Positions 47,476 to 59,464 of a DNA stretch of 64,000 bases are shown in pieces. The position numbers and the translations under genes are program-made. This stretch comes from a virus (taxonomy: Duplodnaviria; Caudoviricetes). The first letter of the stretch is position 1. Every line of letters begins with the position of its first letter. The notes under the pieces are model-generated. The model did no database searches. It saw only the letters and a list, made by a program, of their open reading frames with translations, and was not told the origin of the DNA. Location of the stretch: IMG/VR virus record IMGVR_UViG_3300029288_000095, positions 1 through 64,000 of that record; one strand, given 5' to 3'.

Positions 47476-48276
47476 ATGGAACTTTCAAATTGCAGAATCC
47501 ACAAAGGTAAACTTGTGCGCATGTTTAAGGGAGCTTGCGGTGGGAAGAACGAAATCTTTTGTTCTACGCCGGACTGCATAAATAACTGCGTGGAAGAATC
47601 GAAATGCGGACTGCCGCTGGTGAACGTTGTCGGAGCAAACTGCAATGATTATGTTCCAAAGAAAGAACAGACTGTTACTGTTGCTTCAACCGCTTCGCGG
47701 AAAGTTACTATCAAGCGTACAGCAGCGGAGAAAGAAGATGAAAAAGATATCACTATTGAAGTGCCTGAATCGAATGCGAAAGATATCAAATCACCCGCCG
47801 ATAAAGACAAAGGAAACGCAGAAGAAAAAGAAGTCCAAGAAGTAAAAGATACCGCATCAATTAAAAGCGAACTGTGGACGACTACGCTGAACAAGACTAT
47901 TGAAGAAGCGCTTGATGTAGAATCCGCCGCCGATGCATGGATGAAAAACATGAAGAAATCTCTCGGTGAAAAACTCGCCGACGAAGAAATATCAGAAGCG
48001 GATTATGATTCGCTGCTTGATGAACTTGAAGATATGCACGAAAACGGAATCCTTGAAGACGCGATTAAGGATAAGATAAACGAATCGGCTGGCGACATAG
48101 ATGGAGGGGCAGAAGAACCACCGCTTGAAGAAGCGCCAAAGGATGAAAAGACGAAAGAAGAAGAACCGAAAAAGGAAGAAGAAAAGCCGACTGAAAAGAA
48201 AGAAGAAGCCAAGCCCAAAAAGAAGACCAAGGAAGAACTTCCGGAACTGCCTGGTCTTGATCTTGAAAACGTCTAA
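47476..48276 (+). CDS. Acidic protein with N-terminal Cys-rich domain
   Basis: 266 aa; TASRKVTIKRTAAE linker; Glu/Lys-rich tail. Confidence 0.5.
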   Translation: MELSNCRIHKGKLVRMFKGACGGKNEIFCSTPDCINNCVEESKCGLPLVNVVGANCNDYVPKKEQTVTVASTASRKVTIKRTAAEKEDEKDITIEVPESNAKDIKSPADKDKGNAEEKEVQEVKDTASIKSELWTTTLNKTIEEALDVESAADAWMKNMKKSLGEKLADEEISEADYDSLLDELEDMHENGILEDAIKDKINESAGDIDGGAEEPPLEEAPKDEKTKEEEPKKEEEKPTEKKEEAKPKKKTKEELPELPGLDLENV

Positions 48277-48691
48277 GGAATAACACATGCCAGTATACAG
48301 CAAAAAGATATATCTCCCGATTGAACTTTTCGACAGATTAAGCGTACAAGAGTACAATTCAATGATGGAAGATATTTTTGCGATTTATTTTCGCAATAAG
48401 CCGGAGATATTGAATGATATCGTTGATAAGTCTGAAGGCAATACAGATCTTCTTGAACAGCTCAAAAAAGAAGAAATTGAACGAGCATTCAAAAAAGAAT
48501 ATGCCTATGACACGGATATACTTCGTAGTAGACCAGAGGACGAACTGGCTGAATATCTTGTTGAATTTATTGATGACTATAATAAAAAAGTAGAAATACA
48601 GAATCCCGAAACAGCAAAGATAGAAAAAAATAAAACTGAAGAACCCGCTGAAGAAGCGAAATAAAAAACAAACTAACCAAAGGAACATAGA

Positions 48692-49264
48692 ATGAAAAAC
48701 TACAATGCATCAGTACAAACAATTTCGTATCAAGTATCAGAAGATAACCCCGCGCTTATCAATCAAGCCATAACGAAAACATTTTTTGAATCGCCAATAA
48801 TGAAAGATATAATCAAAGACGATATACATATTGTTGATTTGTTTTCTTCTGGACGGAACATTTATGATGCAATCCCGCGAAATCTTCTTTGCACATATAT
48901 GCCAGTTGACATTTCTATGGACGAACGTTTCAAAACAGATCAACGCGTTCTTCCTATCATTAGTACTGACATAAATAAAATCAAACTTGATGATGCTATC
49001 TGCGATGTTATATTTGCGCCTGCAAGCAAAGTCGGTTACGGAAAATACCATCAAAGTATGTTTGAAATCGAACGCATCATAAAGCCGGGCGGATATCTTA
49101 TCGCAGAAATGTCAAGGTTTTGGTTTACACGCCAGTTCAATCAGATTTTGTTCTGCTCACGCGAATGGGATCTCATTTCTGCTTCAGAAATAAATTATAT
49201 GTATCGTGGACCAGACGGAAGCAACCCAACTGCAAAATATTATTTGGTTTACCGTAAGCGGTAG
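48692..49264 (+). CDS. Class I SAM-dependent methyltransferase-like protein
   Basis: IVDLFSSG...VDI...D..CDVI...EIERIIKPGG. Confidence 0.6.
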   Translation: MKNYNASVQTISYQVSEDNPALINQAITKTFFESPIMKDIIKDDIHIVDLFSSGRNIYDAIPRNLLCTYMPVDISMDERFKTDQRVLPIISTDINKIKLDDAICDVIFAPASKVGYGKYHQSMFEIERIIKPGGYLIAEMSRFWFTRQFNQILFCSREWDLISASEINYMYRGPDGSNPTAKYYLVYRKR

Positions 49265-49316
49265 GTTGAAAAAAGAATAAAAAGAAGGAACGGATCAAAA
49301 ACACGAGGTTAAAGAT

Positions 49317-52300
49317 ATGGCTATTTTTTCACCAGGTTTTCTGAAGAAGGCATTGAAGCATGCTGTTGCCGGAGATTCTATCGGCGAAGGATTTAATATC
49401 AGACATGTAACCGTACCGCATCAAGGGTGGTACAACCCGCTTTATCTAAAAGAAGCCACGTATAAAATTCTACAGAAAAATATTCGCAAGGCTGGTTTTT
49501 CTGTTACGTCAGCCAATTACGAAAAGATAGATTATAAAATGGATAATTCTAATCGAAAGATAACAAGCGGTCATGTCGATTTTATAATGAAAATCATGAC
49601 GCCAGACGGGCAAGACAGGTCAGTGAACGCTTCTGTTGTCATAGAAAATGATATTATATGCGATACCGTTGATCATTTCACAGATAATTGCGGTAACAAA
49701 TATGCATTCACACGCGCCGGTCTTAAATCGTTTTTAATGGGCGTAGAAGAAGAAACCAATAAGCCGCACGAAACTGTTTATCCTTCTGTTGGTGACGGCG
49801 GTAGTCAGTCTGGGCAAGCTGGCGGCGCAGAACCGAATCTTGCTTTCATGCAAAAAGATTTGAAAATTATGAAACTTGGTCATGCAAAAGATAGCCGCAT
49901 AACTGAAGCTATGAATAAAATTGCGGCTACGAATGAACAAGTTATTGAACTTTTTATAAATGATAGTTTTCCCAAGGATAAGATGACTTCATGGGGTACA
50001 CCGAATTTAAAGATAACTAAACAGTCGAATGGTTGGGCGCTGGTAAATTACAGTACACCGTTACTGTATCGTGATGCTGATGGAATGGTTTACTTTAATA
50101 CACAAAAATATTCCGTATCGACATCTCGAATACAGAATCTTATTAGAAGTATTCTCGGTGGAAAAGAACCAGTTGAAGTTGATGAATCTGGTATAAAAGA
50201 AAAAATAGGAGCATCAAAATGAATTTCAAACCAGTAACAGTTTTCACGGATAAGACACCGAGCAAGCCAAGAACGGTAACAGCTTCAACTAGAAAGGCAG
50301 AATATCATTCTGATCAATTGGATGGGTTGAACAAAAACAGCGAATATCCGATTACAGTTCAATTCCACGATGCCGATGGGAATAAAACAAAATGGATGGA
50401 TATTAACCAAGAAAGTATTCCCGTTATCATTTCTTTTTTGGAAAGCATGAAGAAGGGCGAACCGAAAGAAGTATCCGCCGCCGCTGAAGAACCAAAAGAA
50501 GAAAAAAAAGACGAACCGAAAGATACTCCAAAGGAAATGCCAAAAGACGCTCCGAAAGATTCGCCCAAAGCGTTTAACGTTAAGTTCGACGGTAATATCA
50601 CCGTAACTGATGGTAAAGGAGAAGTTGTTCTTACGCTTAATGCGCCAGATCTTTCGCCTGAAGATATTGACAAGCTGAAATCCAGCGACATAAAATCTCT
50701 TGCAGAAAAGTTTACTAAGATAAAAGAACTTGGGCTTACACTTGAAAATACAAATCTTGATTTCGGCGATCTTTCCAAAGAAAGTCTTCCGCCACCAGAG
50801 GCGATAGGAAAAGATGCCGCGCCTTCTGATGATAAGCCGCTTGGAGCTTGGGCTACTAATAAATTGAAAAGCATCGAAGCTAAAGTAGAACAAAAATAAT
50901 TCGGAGTATCCAATGGAATTCTTTAATGGCGAAAAAGTAATAGTTGCGCGAAATATAAAAACCGAATCTGGTGAAATGATAAAATGCGCAGAAGAAGTTA
51001 TCATAACCAAGATACGCCCCGATCTTATTTCTGTTCAGTGGAACAAAGATAAGCGGGAACTGAATGCGCTTACTCCGCCAGATTCTATATTTAAGTATAC
51101 TGAAAGCAATCGGCAGATCGCGGATAACCGCAAAGAGTTTCTTAACCTTCTGGCGATGCAGAAGACGGCCATTGACGTTCAAGGATTTCTTGGTCGTGTA
51201 AAAGAATACTGGGATAAGAACAAGGCTGATGTTAAAGCAGCGCTTGAATTCATAGGTAAGACCATTAAGAACCGCATCGCTGACTTTACTGGAGAATTCG
51301 ATAAGCTTTACAACGGGCTGAAAGGCATAATCGGCGTACAGTATACCGAAACTCTCGCGCAGTATATACCCGACCTTGCCGCCAATAAAGTAGCAAAGAT
51401 GAAAACATCTATGGTTAAAACTTCCGCCAATATGGACCAAGTATTCATCAAAGCGGAAGATTCGTATGTTCCTTCGGATGCCGTGTATGATGTGATACTG
51501 AATAGGCTATCAAATCTGCTCGGCGACAATTACCCGCATGAAGTTGTGGCAAGTGTTGTGCCGACAATCGCGGAGTATACGGATGATCAAAAGAAGCTTA
51601 TACTTAAAATCTCTAAGCTCGCGGAAAATTATCGTGTCGCCCAAAGCGTTCTTCCGCTTGCGTTTCTGGATAAAGAAGACCTTGATATCGTTACTGCGGA
51701 AGAAGATAAAGCATTAGAAATCGCCGATAAATATGATGTCAAAAATAAGAATAAAAAGTTGAAAACAAAGCAAGTTGTGAACGAAGAAAAGCGCCCGTGT
51801 CAGCTTCTGCCGGCGAAAGGCGCACAGCCAGAAATGGCGGAAATAGATCGGATTAACGCTGATCCGAATTCAAACGCGGGACATTTCTTTTAATCGGAGT
51901 TATTTATGCATGAACAGCTTGCACAATATGCCAAGCGCTATTCTGAAACAGACCTTGAAATTCTGTTGAAAGGCGGGCTTGAAGTTACGCATAAAATAGC
52001 TTCCAACATAGCCATCTATGAAGATAAAGTTCCGGTTGAAGAAGCAAAAGCACAGATAGAAAATGCCGATCTTATGTCGGCTGTTTTAGCGTGTATACAG
52101 GAAGAAGGTTTCATAGCTGAAATAAACGGCGAACATCTTGTTGTCGCTCAATCTTCCAAGTTTGAAGAAAAGCTTGCGAATAAGGTTTGGGTTGGCGATC
52201 ACGTTGGACAAGAACTTGTTCGTCAGGCAAAGAAAGCAAAAGAAAAGATGGTCAAGATACAACGTGTGCCGTCTAAGTTCGCAAAGCCGGCAGAAGAACT

Positions 52301-55300
52301 CGGCTGGGGAACACCTGGCTATACCTATTGTTCTGTTTGGAGAATACCAGCAACTCATACGATTGAAATAGGCGGATATGTCGTACCGGCATATATGGTT
52401 GGATATACACAGAAAATCATGCCGCGCTCGACGCAGTGGGGAACGAAGGAAAACGAAAATAAGCAGATCGTTCCTGACCGCGCAAAGATTTCAAAGCTTG
52501 AATCGGTGAACAGAATTCTCACAGCTATGGAAAGCTCGGCGCGTCTTGTTCAGAAAGAAAATCCCAAGACGGGCGAAAAGGAATGGGCGCTTGTTTCTAC
52601 GGATGATTCGGCTAAAACACTTAGGTATTTTGGACCAGATAAACCGTCAAATGAAGCTGTAGAAAAAGAAGAAAAGCGCGTTAATTATTTTAAGCATAAT
52701 GCACATTATCTTGGTTCTGAAAAATCAGTTAAGACATTCATAGAAATTGATGGAAATGAAAAAGACGTAGAAGTTTTTTTTGATTATACGCCAGCGGAAA
52801 AAGAAACTGGAACTGGCGAACAGCTTGTCATAAATCGGGTTATTGATGTTGCCACTGGTGATAAACTTGATCTGAATGAAGCGCAGATTGACGCGCTTAA
52901 AGAAAAGGCATTTGAGTCTCTTGAAAATGGCAAAGAATAAATGGCGAAACACACGGATTATGATTGGCTAACAACACGCGAAAGGAACTTGAAGAAGACG
53001 AAGAAAGATACGCGTCGGGAAATGGACATTGATATCGATGGACTTCCCCAAGAAAGCAACGGCGGTTACGATATGGTCGGGAAGCAAAGCCCGTCCGATA
53101 AGAATATAATAAGCCCAGTGGCGCATAGGACGAACAGGAGTACGACAATGAATATGCCAAAATGGATTGAAAAGGCGGCTAACATCTTCGTTGGCAAGAA
53201 GATAGGCGAAGAAAAGATAGTTACCGCATCCGAAAAGAATCCTAATCTGTCCGCCGTTGATGCATACCTTGACAAGAACAGAATTCATCTTAATGAATTT
53301 ATGTATACAAGCCTTTTGAAAAAGGCGGAAGCGGTTACGGTTAATTTGGCTTCTGACTTTAATACAATCGGCAAAATGGTCAAAGAGGTTTACGATGAAG
53401 CACTTCACCAAGCGCAGACTCCACAGCCAGTTGAAAAAACGGCTGGAAAATATGACTACACGTTTACCGCGAATATTGCGAAAGCGCAGAAATCGCAAGT
53501 CAAACAAACCGCTAGTGGATATACTACACTTGCTGAATGTATCTCTGATATCGCTGCCAAAATGAAAACAGAAGTAACATCTGACGAAATACAGGATGTT
53601 ACTAAACAAGTACAGAATGAAATAAGCAAGCGCCGCCATGCGTCTAATGACGATATAACTTCTCTGGTCGTAAAAGCTGTTGAAGTAATCGCGGCTAAGA
53701 AGACGGGCGTTAAACTTGCGCACAATGGTATCCGCACTACCGTTGATCAGATAAAACTTGAAGCGGCGCAAAAAGTGGCGATAGCCTCTACGCTTGAACA
53801 GAATAAAGTGACAAAAGTCAAGGCTGAAGCACTTTCAGAAGCGGCGAAAAAATCGGTGAAAGAAGCCGCTGAAAGAATGACATTTCCTAAAAATAAAGTA
53901 ACAGTTCAAAAGCAAGTAAATCTCCCCGAAGGTTATCAAAAGAAAGAAATGGATGAAGGAAAGGAAATTTCTACTCCAGCCACAAAACAAGCTGAAAAAC
54001 TTTTCCAAAAGATCGTCGATCAGTTTTCTGTCATTGCTGAAATAGAAGAAAAAGTGAAAATAAAGATAGAAGAAATAAAAAAAGAGGAAGGACTTCAGAA
54101 AGAAGTTGAAAAGATGGAAGCTGCCGTTACGGATCTTGCTACCCTCGCTGGAACAGCTCACAACAATGCAATACAAATTCAAAGCAAAGCTACGGCAGCA
54201 TATAATTATGCAGTTCTTGTTACGCACGAAAAGCAAAAAGAAGAACCTACTGAAGAAGAAATTGTTGCAGAGATGAAAAAGAAGATTCCATTTTTTGATC
54301 TTCAACAGTATAATGAAATGTCGAAAGCGCTTTCTGAATCAATAAAATCTATTAAAGCGGCTAAAGGATTTAAGCTTGTTGAAAAGTCTATGCCGGAACT
54401 GAAAATAGTTACGAAGGGTTCGCTGAATGTTACCGCAGAAGAATATGTTGATCTTGTTTCTGCTATAGAAACACTTTCGGCACAAGTATCTGAATTTAAT
54501 TCAGTTATGGAAAAAGATCTTGCGGAATTTGAATCCGTTGATCTCGGTGAAGAAGTAGCAGAAGAACAGATCGCGGCTTCAGCTAAACCGAAGCTTGAAA
54601 AGAAGGCTGAAGCTGATGATACGTACTATGTTGAAGTATCACTACAACCATCTAGCGGAGGATTTGGTGAATGGGCACGCCACGCAAATTCACATGGCCC
54701 TTACACAGAAAATGAAGTATACGGAGATATTTTTGATATATTAAATATGGCTAAAGAAAATATCGATAGAGAAATATATCAACTGGGAGAAGCTGATGTC
54801 CCAAAAGAAATTGATGATATCCGTGGTAAAATACATAATGAGCCAACTTTTGTTTTCGGTTATTTGGACGAAAACAATGAGCCAAAATATTTTGGCGTAG
54901 ATGAAATTGGAAAAAATGAAATCAAAGGTATGGAAAAAGAATCTTCTTGGAAATCCACTAAACCGCCCAGGCAGTGGTTCAATGAAAAAGCCAACGAAAT
55001 CAGCAAAGGAAATCCAGATTATACCGACGAACAAGTAAATGCTACCGTTGGTAAAATTTGGTCAGACATGAGCGAAAAGGATAAGGCGGCAAAACGCCAC
55101 AGCGAAGGCAAGGAATACGGTACGCCGAAAAAGGCTTCGCTCAACAAGCTTGGCAATGACTTCATGCTGCGCAAAGCTGGGTTCCCAGATCGTTACCCAT
55201 ACATCGACAAATGCCGTAACTGCGCATTCTTCTATAGCGGTCTTGGAACGGTATACGACAAGTGCGTAGACTGTATCCACTTCTACAGTGAACCTGAGTT

Positions 55301-55646
55301 GAAAGATATGGCAAAGGAAGATATCAGCGGATTGGGGGACTATTTTTATGATAAGAGCAACAAGTTCAATGTAGGGACGCCCGTATTCAATACGAAACAC
55401 GCTTCGCTTAAAGTAGACGCCACACAATATAACAAGCTTGATGAAGATTCAAAAAAGCTTGTAAAAGAAACCATTGCTCTTGAAAATGAGATATCTAGTC
55501 TAATGGAAAAACCCGGCAATAGGGATATTGTGAATAAAAAATATCAAGAGTACAAATCCCAAAGAGCATCTTTATCTGGAAAATATGGGTATCAAAACGA
55601 ATCGTTTAATGAAGCGGTTAAACAATATATGAAAAGTAATTCTTAA
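49317..55646 (+). CDS. Operon of five acidic multi-domain hypothetical proteins (49317-50222, 50219-50899, 50913-51893, 51906-52940, 52941-55646), probable head-associated proteins
   Basis: Abutting ORFs, most with recurrent [KTV]-A-[SEAG] linkers; no catalytic motifs recognised. Confidence 0.5.
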
Positions 55647-55990
55647 AACAACGGATTACCATCTTCATCATACGGCAAATCGAAAATAATATTTAGATTT
55701 TCACCGACAAATATTCGCCACGATGATTCCATATCAAACAACGTTTTTGTTGTTTCAAAAGCAAATTTATAATATGGCATTATATTTATAAATTTCGTTG
55801 TGAAACTTATTGCGTTGATAAATATGTGTACAAGCAAGAAACGCATAGGCATAAAGAATATATTGAATAAAACGTCAGTAATCTTATCCCGCGTATGCGC
55901 ATTCGGGATCAGCATCGTTAATATGTTTTTCATACGTTCAACTCCTTCAAGTATAATATAACATATATCCAGAAAAAGTCAAGCGGAATA

Positions 55991-56189
55991 AATACTGCGG
56001 ATCGCTGAAAAACATGTGTGAAATACCTTTCGTGCCACCTATATAATAGGTCACGGAGTTACCACCGTTGCCGGACTTCCACGCATCGCAGATAGGCGTG
56101 GACGGAAAACGGGCAGTAGCTTGCTGCCCGCGCCGAGTTGTTAGATCACACATGTTTGTTTTTTAACATTTTCAGCGATCCGCAGTATT
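55991..56189. ncRNA. Structured element closed by a 21-bp perfect plus 10-bp inverted repeat
   Basis: AATACTGCGGATCGCTGAAAA (55991-56011) pairs with 56169-56189; ACATGTGTGA/TCACACATGT; three internal hairpins. Confidence 0.65.
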
Positions 56190-57828
56190 CACGTCCAAGA
56201 TTATATAGTAAATCACTAAAAGTGCTTCATGAAAAACTTGTCTATTACTGCCTCAAATCGCTTTTCCATTTCTGAATTAATACCAATTCCCTCGCCATTA
56301 TTGATACTTAAATACAGTCTGCATCCATATATGTTTTCATCAGAAATAACATACTTCCCGACACGAATGTTCGTAATTTTTTGGTCTTTTTTAGTGTTCG
56401 ATGTATCCATAAAAACACTCCTTATTTACGTCCAAGATTCTACCGTATTTATGAGATCATCAATCCTATGTATTTGGTACGCGCTATTGAATGACGGGCG
56501 ACCGCCATACATAGGTATTTCAAAAAGGAAAAAACAATCATTCTTTTTCCAGATTTCTGCTTTGCCGTAGTCGCTTTCAGGGATTACGTATACTTCGCCG
56601 TCTTTAAGATTAAGAATTTGTTCTTTATCAGTCATTTTATTTAACCTATCGTACTTTACGCCGATATTCATTGTTGAATTCAGCAACTTTTTTAAATGTA
56701 TTATAGTTAACAACCCATCCAAGCCCAGCAGAATAAACTTGATCTGTTTTATTAACTTTTTCTCCGATATTGAGATATCTGTAACCGTCCATGCTGTCTG
56801 AATATTTTTTGAAATAAATATAATTAGAATTTTGGCATATATTCCTTATCGCATGTGTGCAATCTCGATAACATTTATTACATTTCATTTTTTTTATCTA
56901 CCTTCTTCATTCTAAAATCAGATGTATAACGATGTGTAGGACCGAATAGTTTTTCTTCAAAACCGCAATGTGGGCATTTTCCTTTATAATATCCGCCCAT
57001 CATTGCGGGAAGATCTTCAAATTCGCTCTTATATATCGGATAACCGCATTTCCAACAGATTTGCATGTCATCTTTAACATACATGGTTTTATCTTTATTA
57101 TTGACAAGTTGAATCTTTAAATCATTTTCAAGTATATGTTTTTCAATTCGATTAACAATATCATATTTTTTTTCACAGTCCATGCAAATATCTGCCGTAT
57201 TTGTAAATATAAGACAGCCAGTATTAAACTGATAGCCGCGATAATACAAGGGCTTATCCATATTTTTTTGCCCTTTATAATGACGCCGAGAACTTCGGGA
57301 ATATGTTTCATAATCGTATTTTTTATCACAATAAGAACATGATCTCATTCTATCTATACGGTAATTAAATTGTCCGCTTGTTAATGATTTTGATATAATC
57401 TCATTCATTAAGGGCAATTCAAATCCTATACTTTTTTCATATTTTTTTTTATTTATTATTTCTTGTACTCCATGCGACACCTTCCCATCAAGAAGAAGAA
57501 GCTCTTCGTACTTTAATGAAACATTCGTAGTGTTAATCATTTTTCGGCTCATATTCTTTTACGTAGTTATCTATCCCACCACAAGCGATTACTTTATCAA
57601 TGCGCGTACCGCGATCCTTATAATCAAGTTTATGACCTATTATAATTTCGATCATACCTTTAGCAATTGCCTTATGTCGGATGTATTCATTTTTTGGTTT
57701 GCTTTTTTTCATAGCCATATCTATAAGTGTGGCAAGTTCGCAATCTGTGTAATACAAAAATGCATCATCTACGCTACGGATATTGTGTTCGGTTATTATC
57801 ATTTTACCACTCCTTTTTATTTATAAAC

Positions 57829-57998
57829 AATTTTGCGCTCACTAGGAGCGGCCAATAACAGGGCTGATATCTATCCCTACAATTTGGCAGCATGGCGGCA
57901 ACCACACCCATTGCTAATCCATTCATTCTTGCCAGAGAATTGTAGATATAGCCATTGAAGTCGTTTCAGACTCCGCTACCCCCAGTCAACGCAAAATT
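57829..57998 (-). ncRNA. 6S-like rod-shaped RNA
   Basis: About 170-nt irregular hairpin with terminal stem, central bubble and long apical stem; boxA at 58001-58012. Confidence 0.5.
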
Positions 57999-58027
57999 TT
58001 TTTTCAAAGAACAATAAGAAAAAAGGT

Positions 58028-58248
58028 AGCGCAACTTCCTTCATGACAACGATAGCCTTTATCCCACGATAACGGGAGGCTAAATCATGTTTTATTTGTT
58101 TCTACTTCTTAGGTTCTCAACACCGCTTCATTGCCTCTGGTAACAACGGAGGTCCTAGACGCTCCGTAAAGGTATCTTTCAACCTGAATAATGAACGGGT
58201 AAGTTTCCTTAACCCGCAGGCTCCGCGATGCACCGTAAATAGTGCGCT
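58028..58248 (-). ncRNA. Unassigned multibranched RNA (about 220 nt)
   Basis: Terminal AGCGCA/TGCGCT helix; GAAA-capped hairpins; boxA at 58248-58259. Confidence 0.6.
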
Positions 58249-58271
58249 TTTCAAAGAACAATAATAAAAAA

Positions 58272-58439
58272 TCCTTCCTATCTACGCCTTCAGCCGTAAG
58301 GCACTAATGGATTCCTCTTTCGAGGCTATCCTCACATAGCGGAGAAGTATGCCTAATCCTGTGCCAGGCTTGACACTTTGAAACATCTTTACCATTCAAG
58401 GAATAGTGTTCTGGCTCTAAAGGCTCCTTCTCGGAAGGA
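58272..58439 (-). ncRNA. Unassigned multibranched RNA (about 168 nt)
   Basis: Terminal TCCTTCC/GGAAGGA helix; nested GAGAAG/CTTCTC, GCCAG/CTGGC; CCTC-GAAA-GAGG hairpin; boxA variant at 58440-58451. Confidence 0.6.
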
Positions 58440-58458
58440 CTATCAAAGAACTACGTAT

Positions 58459-58486
58459 AATATACTATAAATCGTAAAAAAGTCAA
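58459..58486 (-). promoter_or_regulatory. sigma70-like promoter of ncRNA operon 1
   Basis: TTGACT-N16-TATATT on the minus strand. Confidence 0.7.
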
Positions 58487-59464
58487 GCGTTATTTATCTT
58501 ATTAAGTTCGTCTATAAGCCTTTGATTTTCTATAGATACGGAATCACATATTTCTTGCATTCTTTCTTTTTCGCGTTTTAGTTCTTCAAACTGCAACAAG
58601 AGTTGGCGATAAGCCGCATCACCATCTTCATTTTTCTTTTTAAGATTATCTATTGCAATGTAAGCGGCAGTAAGTGCAAAAATAGCGTCTAGTCTTGGTT
58701 CTTCTGAATGCTGTATGTCTTGAATGTCTTCTTGAAGGCTCATGTTTCACCATCCTGTAAATAATAAATAATTTTTATCGAAATCGAATGTCTTGTATAT
58801 TCTTACAAGATCAAACACTTGATATTCGTATGCATCTGATTTTACCAGGTGTTCAGATTTTTTATCAAGGTTGTATGGCGTAAAGCCGTAATCACTTTTC
58901 CAATTACACTTCAGACGATTATTTATAAAACCATATAAATTAGATTTGCTTATCGCGTCAAAATCTTTATTTTCCAGACCAGTGATAAGCGCATCAAATA
59001 TTTCTTGTAGATAATCGCCCATTTCTTTGTGGATGAATTCTATTTGCACTTTGACAAATTCATCATCTACCATCCAAAAATCATATTCGCGGGTCATGTA
59101 TTTATGGGTATCCATGTTGAGAAAAAAACATCTTTTATACTCTTTACCGTCACCTCCCCAATATTTTCCAAATTCATATAATTCTTTTGTAGGGATATCA
59201 TGCGGTGAAACATAATATCCTTCACCATCATATTCCCCATATTTCTTTTTCAATTCATCTACGGTAAGAGTTCGTATCTTATCACCTTTTTTCTTTGAAA
59301 TGCACTGAAGATATTGTCTGTAACCCATTTTTATATTCCTTTTTTAATTCTTGCGCGTCTTGTATTATAATCAATAATTTCTGTTATTATGGCAAATATA
59401 ATTTCTAGCATTGGTACAAGAAATATTGATATACAAAAGAAAATAAATAATATGGGTAAAAATT

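Noticed and set aside
4022-55427. Numerous minus-strand ORFs opposite long plus-strand genes (e.g. 4022-4489, 50285-51010, 52968-53771)
   Set aside because: Phe/Ser-rich antisense shadows of Lys/Glu-rich genes, with no RBS or motifs.
55991-56189. Retron msr-msd or DGR element
   Set aside because: No reverse transcriptase and no TR/VR pair recognised in the window; kept only as an unassigned structured element.
56190-56439. 12-bp direct repeat ACGTCCAAGATT flanking ORF 56216-56410 as an insertion scar
   Set aside because: A single short repeat with no mobile-element features; cannot be distinguished from chance or an old duplication.
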